Positions 52,245 to 64,000 of a stretch of 64,000 bases of DNA are shown one piece after another. The notes beneath the pieces were generated by a model. The model was given only the letters and a program-made list of their open reading frames with translations, searched no databases and was not told the origin of the DNA. The stretch comes from Psilocybe cubensis (lineage: Eukaryota): contig CM038999.1 of the NCBI GenBank assembly GCA_017499595.2, positions 1,612,001 through 1,676,000 of the forward strand. The letters run 5' to 3'. Positions within the stretch are counted from its first letter, which is position 1. Every line of letters starts with the position of its first letter. Made by a program: the position numbers and the translations under genes.

Positions 52245-55200
52245 ATGTCTCGCTCCCCTCCCGACCAACCCCTTCCCCACCTCGGCATCTCCTACGACTC
52301 CGACGACGATATGCACGTCGACGATGACAATGACAACGATGGCAGTGCTAGAGCCCACGACATCGATGCCGATGGCGAGTCCGTCGACGACGACTCTCAG
52401 CCCGACTATCATCCCGCCGCCTATCCCTCCGTCCCCCAGCAACATGTCTCTCACCGTCGCTCGCACGACTCGGTATGTCTCTCTTTCCCTCCCTACCTCT
52501 CTCCCCCTTCCCTCATCCCTCCTTTCAATTCATATCTAGGACGCTGAAGACTCTGCATGTCATTTCTTATTCTGCTAATCTTCATTTATTCATACTGCTA
52601 TTTTTCTAGGGCTACGAGGACCGCGACGACGATGATGATGATGACCACGACGATGACCATGATGATGACGACGGTGCGTATGCCGACGAGGAGTATGTCT
52701 CCAAAAAGAAGCCCTCTGCCAAAAAGAAGAGAGCTCGCACCTCATCAGCTGGTCCAGTCAGAGCCAAAGGTACGCTCTTTCGCCATCCTCGCTCTTTCCC
52801 TTTCAACCGACCCCCCCTTCGCAGCTCCCGTCCGACAGCCGTCCTCTTCGGATTCCGACTCCGACTATGGCTCCCGCACCCACAAGAAGAAGAAGAAGCT
52901 GCGCACATCCGCCGAAGAAGTCCGCGTCTCCAGCAGAGGCACAAAGGTCCCCAACTATCTCGATGACGTTCAGGACTTTGAGAAATTCGAAGAACAGGAC
53001 GACGACAGCCAGGGCTATTATGTCGATCCCAACATTCAGTACCAGGAAGAAGATGAAATCGAGGCCGTTCTCGGTCATAGTCGTGAAGAAGGAAGAGAGG
53101 ATGACCCTGAAGATATCTGGTTTGAAAACGTGGTGCGTACTCGCCCCGTGTTTCCTCTCCCCATTTCATTTTCAAATATTTTCTCCAGCGATTCCATATC
53201 AAATGGAAAAACTTTTCCCACCTCCACAATACAGACGAAACATATGAATTTCTCAAACGTTTTAGAGGTCTTAAGCGTGTCGACAACTATATAAAGTCCT
53301 ACAAACTCTGGAAAGCCCGTCTTGAATCCCCCGGTCTTTCGCGTGAAGACATCGAGGCCCTTCATCTCGACAAGGAGCGGGAAAAGGAAGAACTCGAGAC
53401 TTTCCGCAATGTCGAGCGCATAGTTTCCCACCGAGAATCTGCAAATGGCGAAATGGAGTACTTTTGCAAGTGGCAAGGGCTCAACTATGACCATTGCACT
53501 TGGGAGCTCCAGACGGACGTCAATCCCATCGCTAAAGAGCAGATTGCCGCTTACAGACGTCGCGAGGCAGAAGCTAAATTCCCTTACAAGAGCGTTTCGT
53601 ATGCAAAGACCAGCAGGCCTGCGTTTCAGAGGATGCTCAAAGACCCGGATTATATCTCTGCTACCGGTGGTCAACTAAAGGATTTCCAATTGACCGGCCT
53701 TAATTGGCTCGCCTACTTGTGGAGTCAAGGGCAGAACGGCATTTTGGCAGACGAGATGGGTCTCGGAAAGGTGAAAATATATGCGCATCAGTCCTTTGCC
53801 TATTGTTTCTGATCCTTTTTTTGCCTTCAGACCGTACAAACTGTGTCATTTTTGTCATATTTATTCCATGAACTACAACAATACGGTCCTTTCCTCGTGA
53901 TCGTTCCGCTGTCGACAATCACAGCGTGGCAAACCCAGTTTGCGCATTGGGCGCCTGATTTGAATGTCATCACTTACATTGGAAATGCACCGGCGCGCGA
54001 AGTCATCCGCAACTACGAGTTTGGGCCGTCGAACAAGAAGATCAAGATGAATGTATTACTGACAACGTACGAGTTGACATTGAGAGACTGCAAGGAACTC
54101 GGCGACATCAAGTGGCAAGCGTTGGCAGTCGACGAGGTGGGTTGTTTCAAATCCGATTATATGCGCACTTTTGATTGATCCATTTACATCAGGCGCATCG
54201 GCTGAAAAACTCGGAGAGTCAGTTGTATGAAGCTCTGAGAGCGTTCCACGCCGCCTCGAAGCTGCTTATCACGGGCACTCCTCTACAGAACAATGTGAAA
54301 GGTACGTGCTTGGCACATCACTATTTCTTCAATAGACTGACATGTGGCGCGTCCATCCGTCAGAGCTGCTGTCCTTGATGCATTTCCTTATGCCAGAGAA
54401 ATGTAAGTTTTCTGATTCGTGTGTTTCATTCGGATTGGGGTTTAATTCTCTTCAATATGTAGTTGCTTTGACGAACGAGTTTGATCTTAGCGATGCGGAC
54501 CACGAAACAAAGATCAAGCAGCTACATGCCCAACTGGAATCGCTGATGCTCAGGCGGCTGAAGAAAGACGTCCTTACTTCGTTGCCTACGAAGAGCGAGC
54601 GGATTTTACGTGTGGAAATGAGTGCCATGCAAACGCATTTCTACAAGAACATCTTGACCAAGGTGCGTCGATAAGGTTATCGCCGTCGTTGGCACAGTGC
54701 GCTCATGGCAACTTCCAGAATTTCGCCGCTCTTGTGAAAAGTGCTAATGGAAACAGTAATATCAGTCTTCTGAATATCGGTCGGTGCACTCTCACTTTCC
54801 GGTTTTTTTATCAATTAACGTGTTTTCACAGCCATGGAACTGAAAAAGGCTGCCAACCACCCTTATCTCTTTGATGGTGCCGAAACGCACGCGGACAGCA
54901 AAGATGAGACCCTCAAGGGCATCGTGATGAACAGTGGGAAGCTGGTGCTCCTGGATAAGCTTCTTGTGCGCTTGAAGCACGATGGACACCGGGTGCTTAT
55001 CTTCAGTCAGATGGTTCGCATGTTGGATATTCTCAGCGACTACATGCACCTCCGAGGCTACGCCCATCAACGCCTAGACGGCATGGTCGCCTCCGAAGCT
55101 CGCAAGAAGTCCATCGCACACTTCAACGCCCCTGGATCACCCGATTTCGCGTTCCTCTTGTCGACTCGTGCCGGTGGTCTCGGTATCAATCTTGAAACAG

Positions 55201-57658
55201 CTGACACCGTCATCATCTTTGATGTATGTTGTATCCTGCTCATGCCGCCGCCGGCTATAAACAGAACTGTATTGATCTAATGTCTTTTCCTCTTTACGAC
55301 AGAGCGACTGGAATCCGCAGAACGATCTGCAGGCGATGGCCCGGGCACATCGCATTGGTCAGAAATCGCATGTCAACGTCTATCGATTTGTGAGCAAGGA
55401 CACGATGGAGGAAGACGTTCTGGAGCGGGCTAAGAAGAAGATGGTGTTGGAGTATGCCAGTAAGTCTTATTGTTGCTAACGTCCCCTCCCCCCTTTTGCC
55501 TTGCGGCAAACCCTGTACGGCATTCAATGACCATATTCATCTTTCTCTGCAGTTATCAACCAAATGGACACGTCACAGGCCCATCTGAGTTCTAAAGCGA
55601 CAACCAAAGATCCCCATAAGCCTGATAACCTAAGCAAGGATGAACTAACTGCGGTATTAAAGTATGGGGCTCAGAAAATGTGAACAAATTCTCTTGTGTT
55701 GCTTTATAATGTTCTGTCTCTGACCATCTCTTTCCCTTCTCGTTGTTAGGTTCGACAAGGATGATACCCAACAAAGCAAGAAATTGGACGAGATGGATCT
55801 CGATGATATTTTGAACCGTGCCGAAGACCATGAAACCACCCAGGACGGCGAAGGCGTCGGCGCGTCGCTTGGAGGCGAGCACTTCCTAGCCCAGTTTGCT
55901 GCTGTCAGCGACGTCAAGAACGACATGAGCTGGGAGGACATTATACCTCTTGAAGAGCGACAGCGGTTCGAGGCGGATGAGGAAGAGCGGCGGGCAGCGG
56001 AGGAATCAGTTTCCAATGAATCGCGTAAGCGGACTCATGCGCAGGTGTCTTATGAGGGCATGGATGTTGACCAGCCTACGTCGACGAGCGCGCCCAAGAA
56101 ACCGAAAGCACCTGGTCCGCAGAGGAAGACGGCCAGCCAGAAGGCTATGGAGCTCAAGGAACGTGATGTCCGCGTGCTCATCCGAAGCTTGCAGCGATGG
56201 GGCGATATTCGTCAGCGTTATGATGTTATCGTAAGTGTTTTTGAATTTTCACTTTCTTTGCTCACTTGTTCATTGATTTGTTAGGTTGCCGAAGCCAAAC
56301 TTCAGGACAAGAACAAGGGCATGATGTTTGATGTCGCAGAGGAAATCATTGACATATGCGAACAGGCTGTCAAGGATAGCGAAGAGCAGAAACGTCTGCG
56401 GATTGCATCAGGTGAAACATTGACTAATGCTCAAAAGAGCAAGGCGGTTCTCGTCACTTGCCGTGGGGTGGGCAATATCAACGCAGAGACTGTTCTTTCT
56501 AGGCATCGCGATCTTAGCATTCTATACAATATTCTCTCTGAACTAGATGATCCATACAAATGGAGCATCCCCATCGACAACATCCGGCCAACGCTCAACT
56601 GGTCCGGACGGTGGGGTCCACAAGACGACTCGATGCTTCTGGTTGGAGCATACCTGTACGGCTTCGGAAACTGGGAAGCAATGGCCAAAGACCCCAAGCT
56701 CGGCCTGGAAGGCAAGTTTTTCCTCGAAGAAGGCAAGAAGGGCGAAGATGCTGCAAGTCGACCGATACCCAACGCCATCCACCTCGTTCGTCGAGGTGAT
56801 TTCTTGCTGAGCATACTGCGCGAGCATGATGAGAAGCTACGTTCGTATGAGAGTTCGTTGCGCCATAAGGGTCAGCTGAAGGTTTCGGCGTCTCCGCCCC
56901 CCACAGCCATGGCGTCAACATCTTCGCACAGTAGCTCTCTCAAGCGCCGTGCTGAAAGCGAGGCTATGGCCTCTATCGATGACAGCAGCAGCAAAAAACG
57001 CAAACGTCGACCTACACCCACTTTCACAGATTCAGAGTCATCGGATGAATGGTGGGTTTGCCTCCTTTTTTTTCTACTTGATCTCAACTAATCTTGACGA
57101 TACAGTCCGTCAATGGATGAGGGTGCGACAAAGGAAGAGCTGCGTCCTGTCAAGAAGCAATTGGTGCGTCTGCGCGTTTTTTTTGCCTCATTGGAATACT
57201 GAGCAACTTTTTTTTTCTCCTTGCAGAAACAATTGAAGCTGTCTGGTGAGGACATGCCTCGAGACGATAAAGTTGCTATCTTGAAGGACTCGCTCGCTGC
57301 TATCGGTCGTCGTATAGAAAATGTTTTGAACACAAAGGAGGCTGCTGGAGAAGACAGGGATAGATGGCGACGGCACCTGTGGACGTACGTCGCAAATATT
57401 CTTCTCACCTTTAAATTCTTGTCTCATCAGCGCGTCTTTTTTCGTAGATTTGTCACTCTCTTTTGGCCCAAGAAGGTCAAGGCCAGCAAACTCGAAGAGA
57501 TACATGCCAAGATGGTCATGAAAGAGGCTGCTCCTAGACAGCAGGCTGACAACAACGCCTTGAAGAAGCCGCGGGTGAACGTCAGTGTGAAAACAAATGG
57601 TTCTTCTTCTGCTCCAGCGTCATCATCGATCAGGACTAATGGCAAGTCCTATCGATGA
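52245..57658 (+). CDS. CHD1: Chromodomain helicase Chd1
   Basis: Two chromodomains ([24 protein letters not shown]), Snf2 ATPase ([48 protein letters not shown]) and SANT/SLIDE region ([12 protein letters not shown]). Confidence 0.96.
52623..52672 (+). repeat. (GAT/GAC)n acidic low-complexity repeat in the Chd1 N-terminus
   Basis: gacgacgatgatgatgatgaccacgacgatgaccatgatgatgacgac. Confidence 0.85.
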
Positions 57659-58183
57659 CACCCCTTCATTATCAAAATGTACATTGTCTTTTTTTGTTTA
57701 CCATTATCTCATTGTTATTTTCGACCCTTCTTTTTTCGAAACCCCTGTGCCCTCCTTCTATTTTTCACTCCTTTTTTCGCTCCTCTCTGTGTGTCTCTTG
57801 CTTTTTGCCCTCTATGTCTATATGTGTATTTCTCTCTTTCGCTACAGTCGTTTTAATTCGCAATCAATTGTATTACATTTCTGGTATCATTTGACTGTCT
57901 GTGTGTCCATGTGAGCAGAGCTATTGATTCAGTTCGAGCATGTCCTTGAAATTACAAGTAATCTACATGTAGCATGGGCGTGGTATGGTATCTATCAAGT
58001 AGCGAGGTATATAAGAGAAAGATGAGCAAGGTTAGTGGTATTCTACCTGGCCGGACTTGGCCATTATCATGGGGGTAAAGCAAACATAATCAACGATAAT
58101 TTTACAGAAAAAGGACCTGCCAGTGGAAACGGTGAAATATAGGTTAGATTCAATCGACATGAGAACATTTCGACCGACCTCTT

Positions 58184-59199
58184 CTATCCGTTTGCATCTC
58201 GGGCAGCAGGAGTTTTCGATGGCGTTGGGCGCCGTAGTTGGGTTGATTTGCGGGCGCTTGTTGGGTTTCCATTTCCTCTCGAACTGGAAGGGGAGTCGCG
58301 TGATGACCTAGTAGTTTTCTCTTTCGAACTGGAAGCAATGGGTCTGGGAGGGTCGTGGTCTGTCGGTTTGTATCCATTTCCATTAGAACTGGAAGCGGCG
58401 GCTTTAGAAACCCCCTATTGAGTATCTAGCTGAACAGATGGCAGCGGCAGCAGAACATACCCTCCATTTCCTTCATCTCTGCCTCGCGAATGAACGTCTG
58501 CATCAATGCAGTGTATCTCTTCACCTCCCACTTCATTTGCGAAGCTCTCGCCAAGTTTCCCTGCGAAATTGCCCATTTCCGTTCTTCTTTAAACCTACGG
58601 CGCTCGCTGTCCGCTAGCGAAGCTCTCGTTCTGAGCACATGGGCTTCCCGTTCTAAAGCAGACGCGAAGGATGTGGGGCCGTTTCTGTCCGAGTGCGATT
58701 CTACTGAAGTGATATCTGAAAAGAGGTGCGAGCTGGTCGCTAGAGTCCCACCGTCTGTGATATCCGCAAGAGTTTCGACGCTCCCTCCGAGAACACTTGA
58801 CGGTGTAGGAGCAACCTTTTCTAGGTGACGTTTGCTGGATTTGCTTGCTGGCACCTTTTTCTTCCGCCGGTCGGAACCTTGTGGGGGTTTGTCGAAGTAC
58901 TGAGAGAGGAAATCCGTGAAGAGAACTCCAAGGGCTACTCCTAGAATGGTTGTGATGCATCGTGTGACGTCCGAAGCGAAGTTGAACTCAATAAAGAGCT
59001 TTGCTGCGATTCCAAAGGCCACAATGATGCCAAACCCTGAAGTTTTCGAGGTTTTCGCTGCATAGTGCAATGCAACACCTTGCCAAGTGCCGATGAGGAT
59101 AAAGTCCTTGACGAATGGTCCATCAGAGCGGCTGAAATAATCGAGGAGAATGCGGGCACCGAGTCCTATGAGGAGAGCGGGCGCTGTTGCGATAGGCAT
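58184..59199 (-). CDS. Hypothetical membrane protein with N-terminal TM helices and a C-terminal helical DUF1771-like segment
   Basis: Hydrophobic N-terminal ~100 aa, then LEREAHVLRTRASLADSERRRFKEERKWAISQGNLARASQMKWEVKRY; one intron before an S/P/R-rich tail. Confidence 0.75.
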
Positions 59200-59417
59200 G
59201 TTTGCGGTGGATTCATAAGAGAGTTTTGTTCCCGCACTTCTGTCGCGACCGACAAACTGGTCTCTGCCAACTTCACTGCTAGCGATCAACACGTGTCCGA
59301 CAAATTATAACACAAGACAAATCAGACCCAGGCTGTTTTCATGGTACTTTCTGGATACATATCTACATTACGGTAAGGGAATTTACGGGTGGTATTGCAG
59401 TCAATTGCCCTCAGTTT

Positions 59418-60760
59418 TTAAAGCTTGCTACAAAGCGCCTCTCGTGTTTCCTTAGACAGATTTCCAACAAATTCGAAGATGTCCTCCTTCAGTACGTCTC
59501 CGCATTCTACAGAAGGGAAGTGACCACCCTTGGCATGTTCCTTCCAAAAGACAATGTTTTCCGCAAGAGTTGCCTTTGCCCACCAGATGGGAATGTATCC
59601 GACATCATAAGGAAAGCAAGTTGCGCCAAAAGCTACCTTTGCGGGTACGCGTTTATCGAGGACCTGGTTACGCAAAGCAGGAATGGCTTCCTTATATATC
59701 CTGGCATGCCAGGAGCTTTCTGAGAAAAGGTAAAACATCGTCCAGGTGATGATCGTTTCCTTGTCCCATTCGTATCCAGGCTCCACTAACGAGTCTAGTT
59801 TCTCGCGAATCCACGCAAGCATGCCAATAGGGGAGTCGGTCAATCCGTACGAGAGAGTCTGGGGTTTTGTCCCTTGTATCCTAGAATATCCGGATTCTTC
59901 CTTCATCCACCATTGCATCCGCGCTAGTCTTTTCTTTTGGTCTGGGGTAAACCAACGGGTAACAAGCCATAGTAGAGTCAAAGGATTCTTCAGGGGCGAA
60001 GGGGGTAGCGATATGATGAAGTTCAGCAGAATGCCTAAGCAAGATTCTGGGTATGTTTGGGCCATAGACCGGATGATGAGAGATCCCCAATCTCCGCCTT
60101 GAGCAATGTACTTGGGATAACCCAAAGCTAACATGAGTTGGTGGTATACAGATCCAATTCGAGGGACAGAGAATCCCGAGGCCTGATTTTCATAATCAAA
60201 AAGCAAGCTAATGAGAAGGCGAAGAACATATACCTTCGGAGGAGAAGAAAAAACAAAACCAGGAATAGTAGGAGCAATTATGTGGAATGCTTGTTGTGTT
60301 GGGTCCGTTGGTGAGGTCAAACTGAGTAAGCTTTCCACCTATAAGTGATTGAGATAAAGTGAGTGTGGTATTATAAATAACAACTTGATAATACCTCTGT
60401 GAAATTTCCAGGCCAACCATGGGCAAAAAGCAATGGTATAGCGTCAGTCCTTTCGCTGCGATGGTGCACAAAGTGTAATTTGATGACTTCGTCTCCCTCT
60501 GGAATGTCCAGAGTATACATATTATACTTGGAATTTAACTTGGCTTCCACCTTCCTCCAGTCATAAGTGGTTCTCCAGTATTCGACAAGGTCGGTCATGA
60601 CAGAATTTGGAACTCCATCAGCCCATTCTTTGCCTTCGGGATGCTCGACATCGGGCACGATGCGAGCATTCTGCACGCGTTGGACGATCCAGTCTAATTT
60701 CTCCTGGGTTATATCAATACGAAACGGCTCAGGTGCTATGCTGATACTAGGTTGAGACAT
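59418..60760 (-). CDS. Epoxide hydrolase (microsomal EHN-type alpha/beta hydrolase) with C-terminal SKL
   Basis: YWRTTYDWRK (EHN), HGWPG, nucleophile QGGDWG, TDSPIGMLAWIREK and GGHF; ends EALCSKL*. Confidence 0.93.
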
Positions 60761-61648
60761 GATGGGTGAAAAGGAGGCCAAGTAAGTGGTGCGGCATCAT
60801 TGAACCTGCAATGAACCTGTTGATGACTTGTCATTCTGGGGATTGCTTACGTTGTTCAATGCTGCAATCTATGATCAGTTAACATTACTTTCGCCTTGGG
60901 TCGCTTTATTCTGTCGTAGTAATGAGTGATTGTCTAAAAGATTCGAATGGTACATGAGATGAATGCCTTTTTTCAAGCCCATTTGCTGAGGTCTCTCCGA
61001 GTACATAGTGAGTACAATGGCGGTTGACACTCAGAATTGGGCCGTCATGTCACCATAACTCCTTATATACATTTGAATTTGAGATGTGACTGATGTGCAT
61101 CATTTCACGCATCGGCGCTTCGCTCTCAGGCTTGTCCACCTATTTGCATAGTATTCAACTTATGCCAAAGAAAAAGTTACTCTACCAGAGCCTCGCTTGG
61201 CCTCGCTCTTGTTTCATCATTCTGGATCGTTTCCTTTCTTCAAACTTGCACTGTTTGGATTAGATTGGACTGGAAACGCAGCAACATGCTTGAGGATTTC
61301 TTAACAACAAACCATTACTATTTATGCATAGAATGTCCAAGGTCAGTGGATGGGCCTGTTGTAATTGTTAGAGTGGAAGGCCCAATGAATTCACAACTTA
61401 TATTTGGCTTATATCTTTCATATCTTTTGTGTCGGTACAGTACATATTATGGAAATTTTAACTCGTCCTCTGGGTTCACGACCGATTAATTCAGACTATA
61501 ACTATCTTCGGCATCTACATCGTACATGATATGTCATTTCGAGTTTACAAGCGCCGCATTCAAATATTAACCACCGATCCTTTTTAACTTTGTCATTTAC
61601 CTCCGAGTCTAGCGTGGTGCCAACCATAAGTCCTGAATTCTTCAAACT

Positions 61649-63716
61649 CTATTCAGTGATAGTTCCGTTGATAGTTTTCCAAGCTTCAATAGCAGCCTTC
61701 GCCTCTTTCTCGATAATGGTAAATGCATCCTGGATATGCTGTTCTGTTGTTCTGGCTGCCCCGACTGCAAGCCGGATGCAGAATATGCCGTTCAAGTTGG
61801 TTTGAGTGAGCATGATGTCGCTTCGCGAGGAGACGCGGCCGTAGAAGATGCTGTTGATTTCATTCAGGGTTTCTGTAGAAAGCGGTGGTTGATCTTCAGA
61901 TTGCAACTTGGGCACAACTCGAAATACTGTCAGGGCCAGAGAGGGGTCGGTAACCAAAGACAACTCCTCAGAATCGCGAACGAGTTGTGCGAATTTCTGG
62001 TTCAGATCTATGCACTAAAAGGAACCATGTTTTTAGTGTATTTAGACAGAAAATAAACAACATACTCGTCGGATGTACATGCGGAAACCCTCTGCGCCAA
62101 ATCCTCTCAAAACAAACCACATTTTTAAGGAACGGAATCGTCGACCCAACCCCAAATGCCAGTTTCGGTAGTCAATAACTGTGCCTATGGAAAAATGTAT
62201 AACAATAGATCAAGAAGATCAAAGCCCAGAGTACTCACCAGCATCTCCTTGTTTTGTCCGTAAGAAGGCAGGAGTGATGTCCAAAGCATCAGTAAGATAT
62301 TTGCGGTCTCGGACCCAAAGGGCAGAGCAGTCAAAATTAACAAGTCCCCACTATATGAAGGCGTTGGGCATTTAATGTTATACACCCGGGTATATCGGCC
62401 GCAGAGCACACCTTGTGGAAGTTGGTACAGAACGAATGAACAAAGGCATTTATATCCTCTAGATATAAATTTTTGCGAGTTTCCGGGCAGGACAGGGCAA
62501 CGCCAGCCCAAGCAGCGTCAACATGAACCCATAGGTCAGGTTGTTCCTTTGCTTTAAGAAGACGCTTAATTCTACCGAAAGTAAAAGCGCTAGCAAGATG
62601 ATATAACCTACATATTTGATGGATTTCCATTAAGTTGTCCACAGCTCCTGAAGAAGTCGATCCGACGGTGGCAACTATAGATCCAATCAGTTCTGCGCGC
62701 TTAATCACAAGAAGGCGCGAGATTTACTCAATATGAAAGGCTTGCGTCCTAGTTTTCGGTCTTCTTCTAACGCGTCACGAAGGGCTTGACCTCTCAAAGC
62801 GTATTTTTCTTCTGCGAGGACCTCGATCGAGCGAACTTGTAGTCCAAGAACGATACCGGCTTTGGCGCCCAGAGAATGTGTTTGTGTAGTTGTGTATATA
62901 ACGAGATCCTCCATTTTTACATCTGGATGGTTACGTTGGTACATGGATCGAGCGGCGACAACCGTAATGAGGACTGAGTCTGACGCTGTTGTCTAGTAGT
63001 ATATTGGGAATGTGAAAATGTGAAAATACGTTAAGTCGCTTACTTGAATTGCCCCACCGCCAATTCCTGAGGAATTCTTGAAGGCTGATGATAACCCAAG
63101 GAGATTGGCGGCCCAATCCATAACAATTGCCTCTAACTCTGTGCAAGCAGGACTCGCCAACCACTGAAATATTGTAGTTAGTATTAGGGCGGAGGAAGCA
63201 TTTGGAATGTCTTCACATTGAAACCAGGGTTGCAAGTGCTTGATGCATACAAATCTCCCAAAATCCCCTCGAATGTGCATGCCGTAGGGAAGTAGGCAAA
63301 GAAAGAAGGATGCTGCCAATGCGTTAAACCTATTTGAAAACCAACGCTTCTTGGTCATTTTTTCAACGCATTTGCTCGAACAAATACCTGGTACGATAAA
63401 TTTCTGGTAATCGTCTGCAATGATTTGAAAGTCTTCACCCTCTTCGGGCGCTTCCACTGCAGGAAATAGTAAATAGCAATATTAGTTGGAGACAATGATA
63501 TTTAGTCACCAAACTACTCACAAGGAATGTGCTGCCTTAAATATCCAGGCTCAACCTTAGACATAACAGTTGAATTTTGCAAAGAATAGTAGTAATCGCA
63601 TATGCGATCAATGGCTTGATAGCCTGCTTTCCTAAATCTTCAACATAGAAAAAAAGCAGTCAGAGAAGTGTTAAGTGACCAAAATAATGGGACTTGATTT
63701 ACTGTTCGATATCCAT
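61649..63716 (-). CDS. Group II PLP-dependent aromatic amino acid decarboxylase family enzyme; probable aromatic acetaldehyde synthase (DHPAAS-like)
   Basis: Spliced MDIEQFRKAGYQAID...THWQHPSFFAYFP...SPACTELE...HVDAAWAG...NFHK(300, PLP Lys)WG...DITPAF(329)LRT...WHLGLGRRFRSLK. Confidence 0.92.
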
Positions 63717-64000
63717 CTGAAAAACGATACGATATGGTGGAAAGTTGACGGAGCCCCTGTCAAGCATCATAAATTGTTCGGCAATTTCGGATCGACCCAA
63801 AATGAGAAAGCCGATTTTTGTAGCCAATCACCGGAGGACATGGTGAACCCGTGAAATTATTTCTTGACTGACTCCGAGCATCCTTCAAAAATATTTCACT
63901 GTGCCCAATGGACGCGCATAACGTCAAAGCCGCCGTTACTGCACTCAGTGAGTTGGCTCTTTCTCATGGCTGTAACCCAACTATCGTTTACTGAACTTGC

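Noticed and set aside
61649-63716. Psilocybin-pathway tryptophan decarboxylase PsiD or the psilocybin cluster
   Set aside because: PsiD is a PLP-independent, phosphatidylserine-decarboxylase-like enzyme. This gene is a group II PLP enzyme, and no PsiK, PsiM or PsiH-like genes are in the window.

Overview
Gene-dense, intron-rich eukaryotic DNA from an agaric basidiomycete: ~50-60 nt GT-AG introns and typical Agaricomycete genes. The group II PLP enzyme at the right end matches my recollection of Psilocybe cubensis DHPAAS, so a Psilocybe-like source is inferred, not proven. About 27 protein-coding genes can be assembled by hand across introns. Most are conserved housekeeping genes: PAC4, Yak1, Tfb1, Coy1/CASP, MRPS9, Bre1, an allantoicase-ureidoglycolate lyase fusion, an F-box protein, Mtq1, AcuK/Ert1, Yip3, Cdc26, Pex5, a Crz1-like factor, an HSL-like lipase, Mri1, taspase, Tfb4, Chd1 and an epoxide hydrolase. 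The most unusual part is 5.5-12 kb. It holds a tandem array of three divergent GRF-zinc-finger/coiled-coil paralogues with matching intron positions and phases. Beside it, in an unusually long convergent intergenic gap, lies an unannotated ~210-nt highly base-paired, pseudoknot-capable non-coding element. The PLP decarboxylase carries the Tyr-to-Phe catalytic-loop change of aromatic aldehyde synthases. CDS coordinates are gene spans (start to stop, introns included) from manual splicing and may be off at uncertain ends. No tRNA, rRNA, CRISPR array or intact transposon was recognised.
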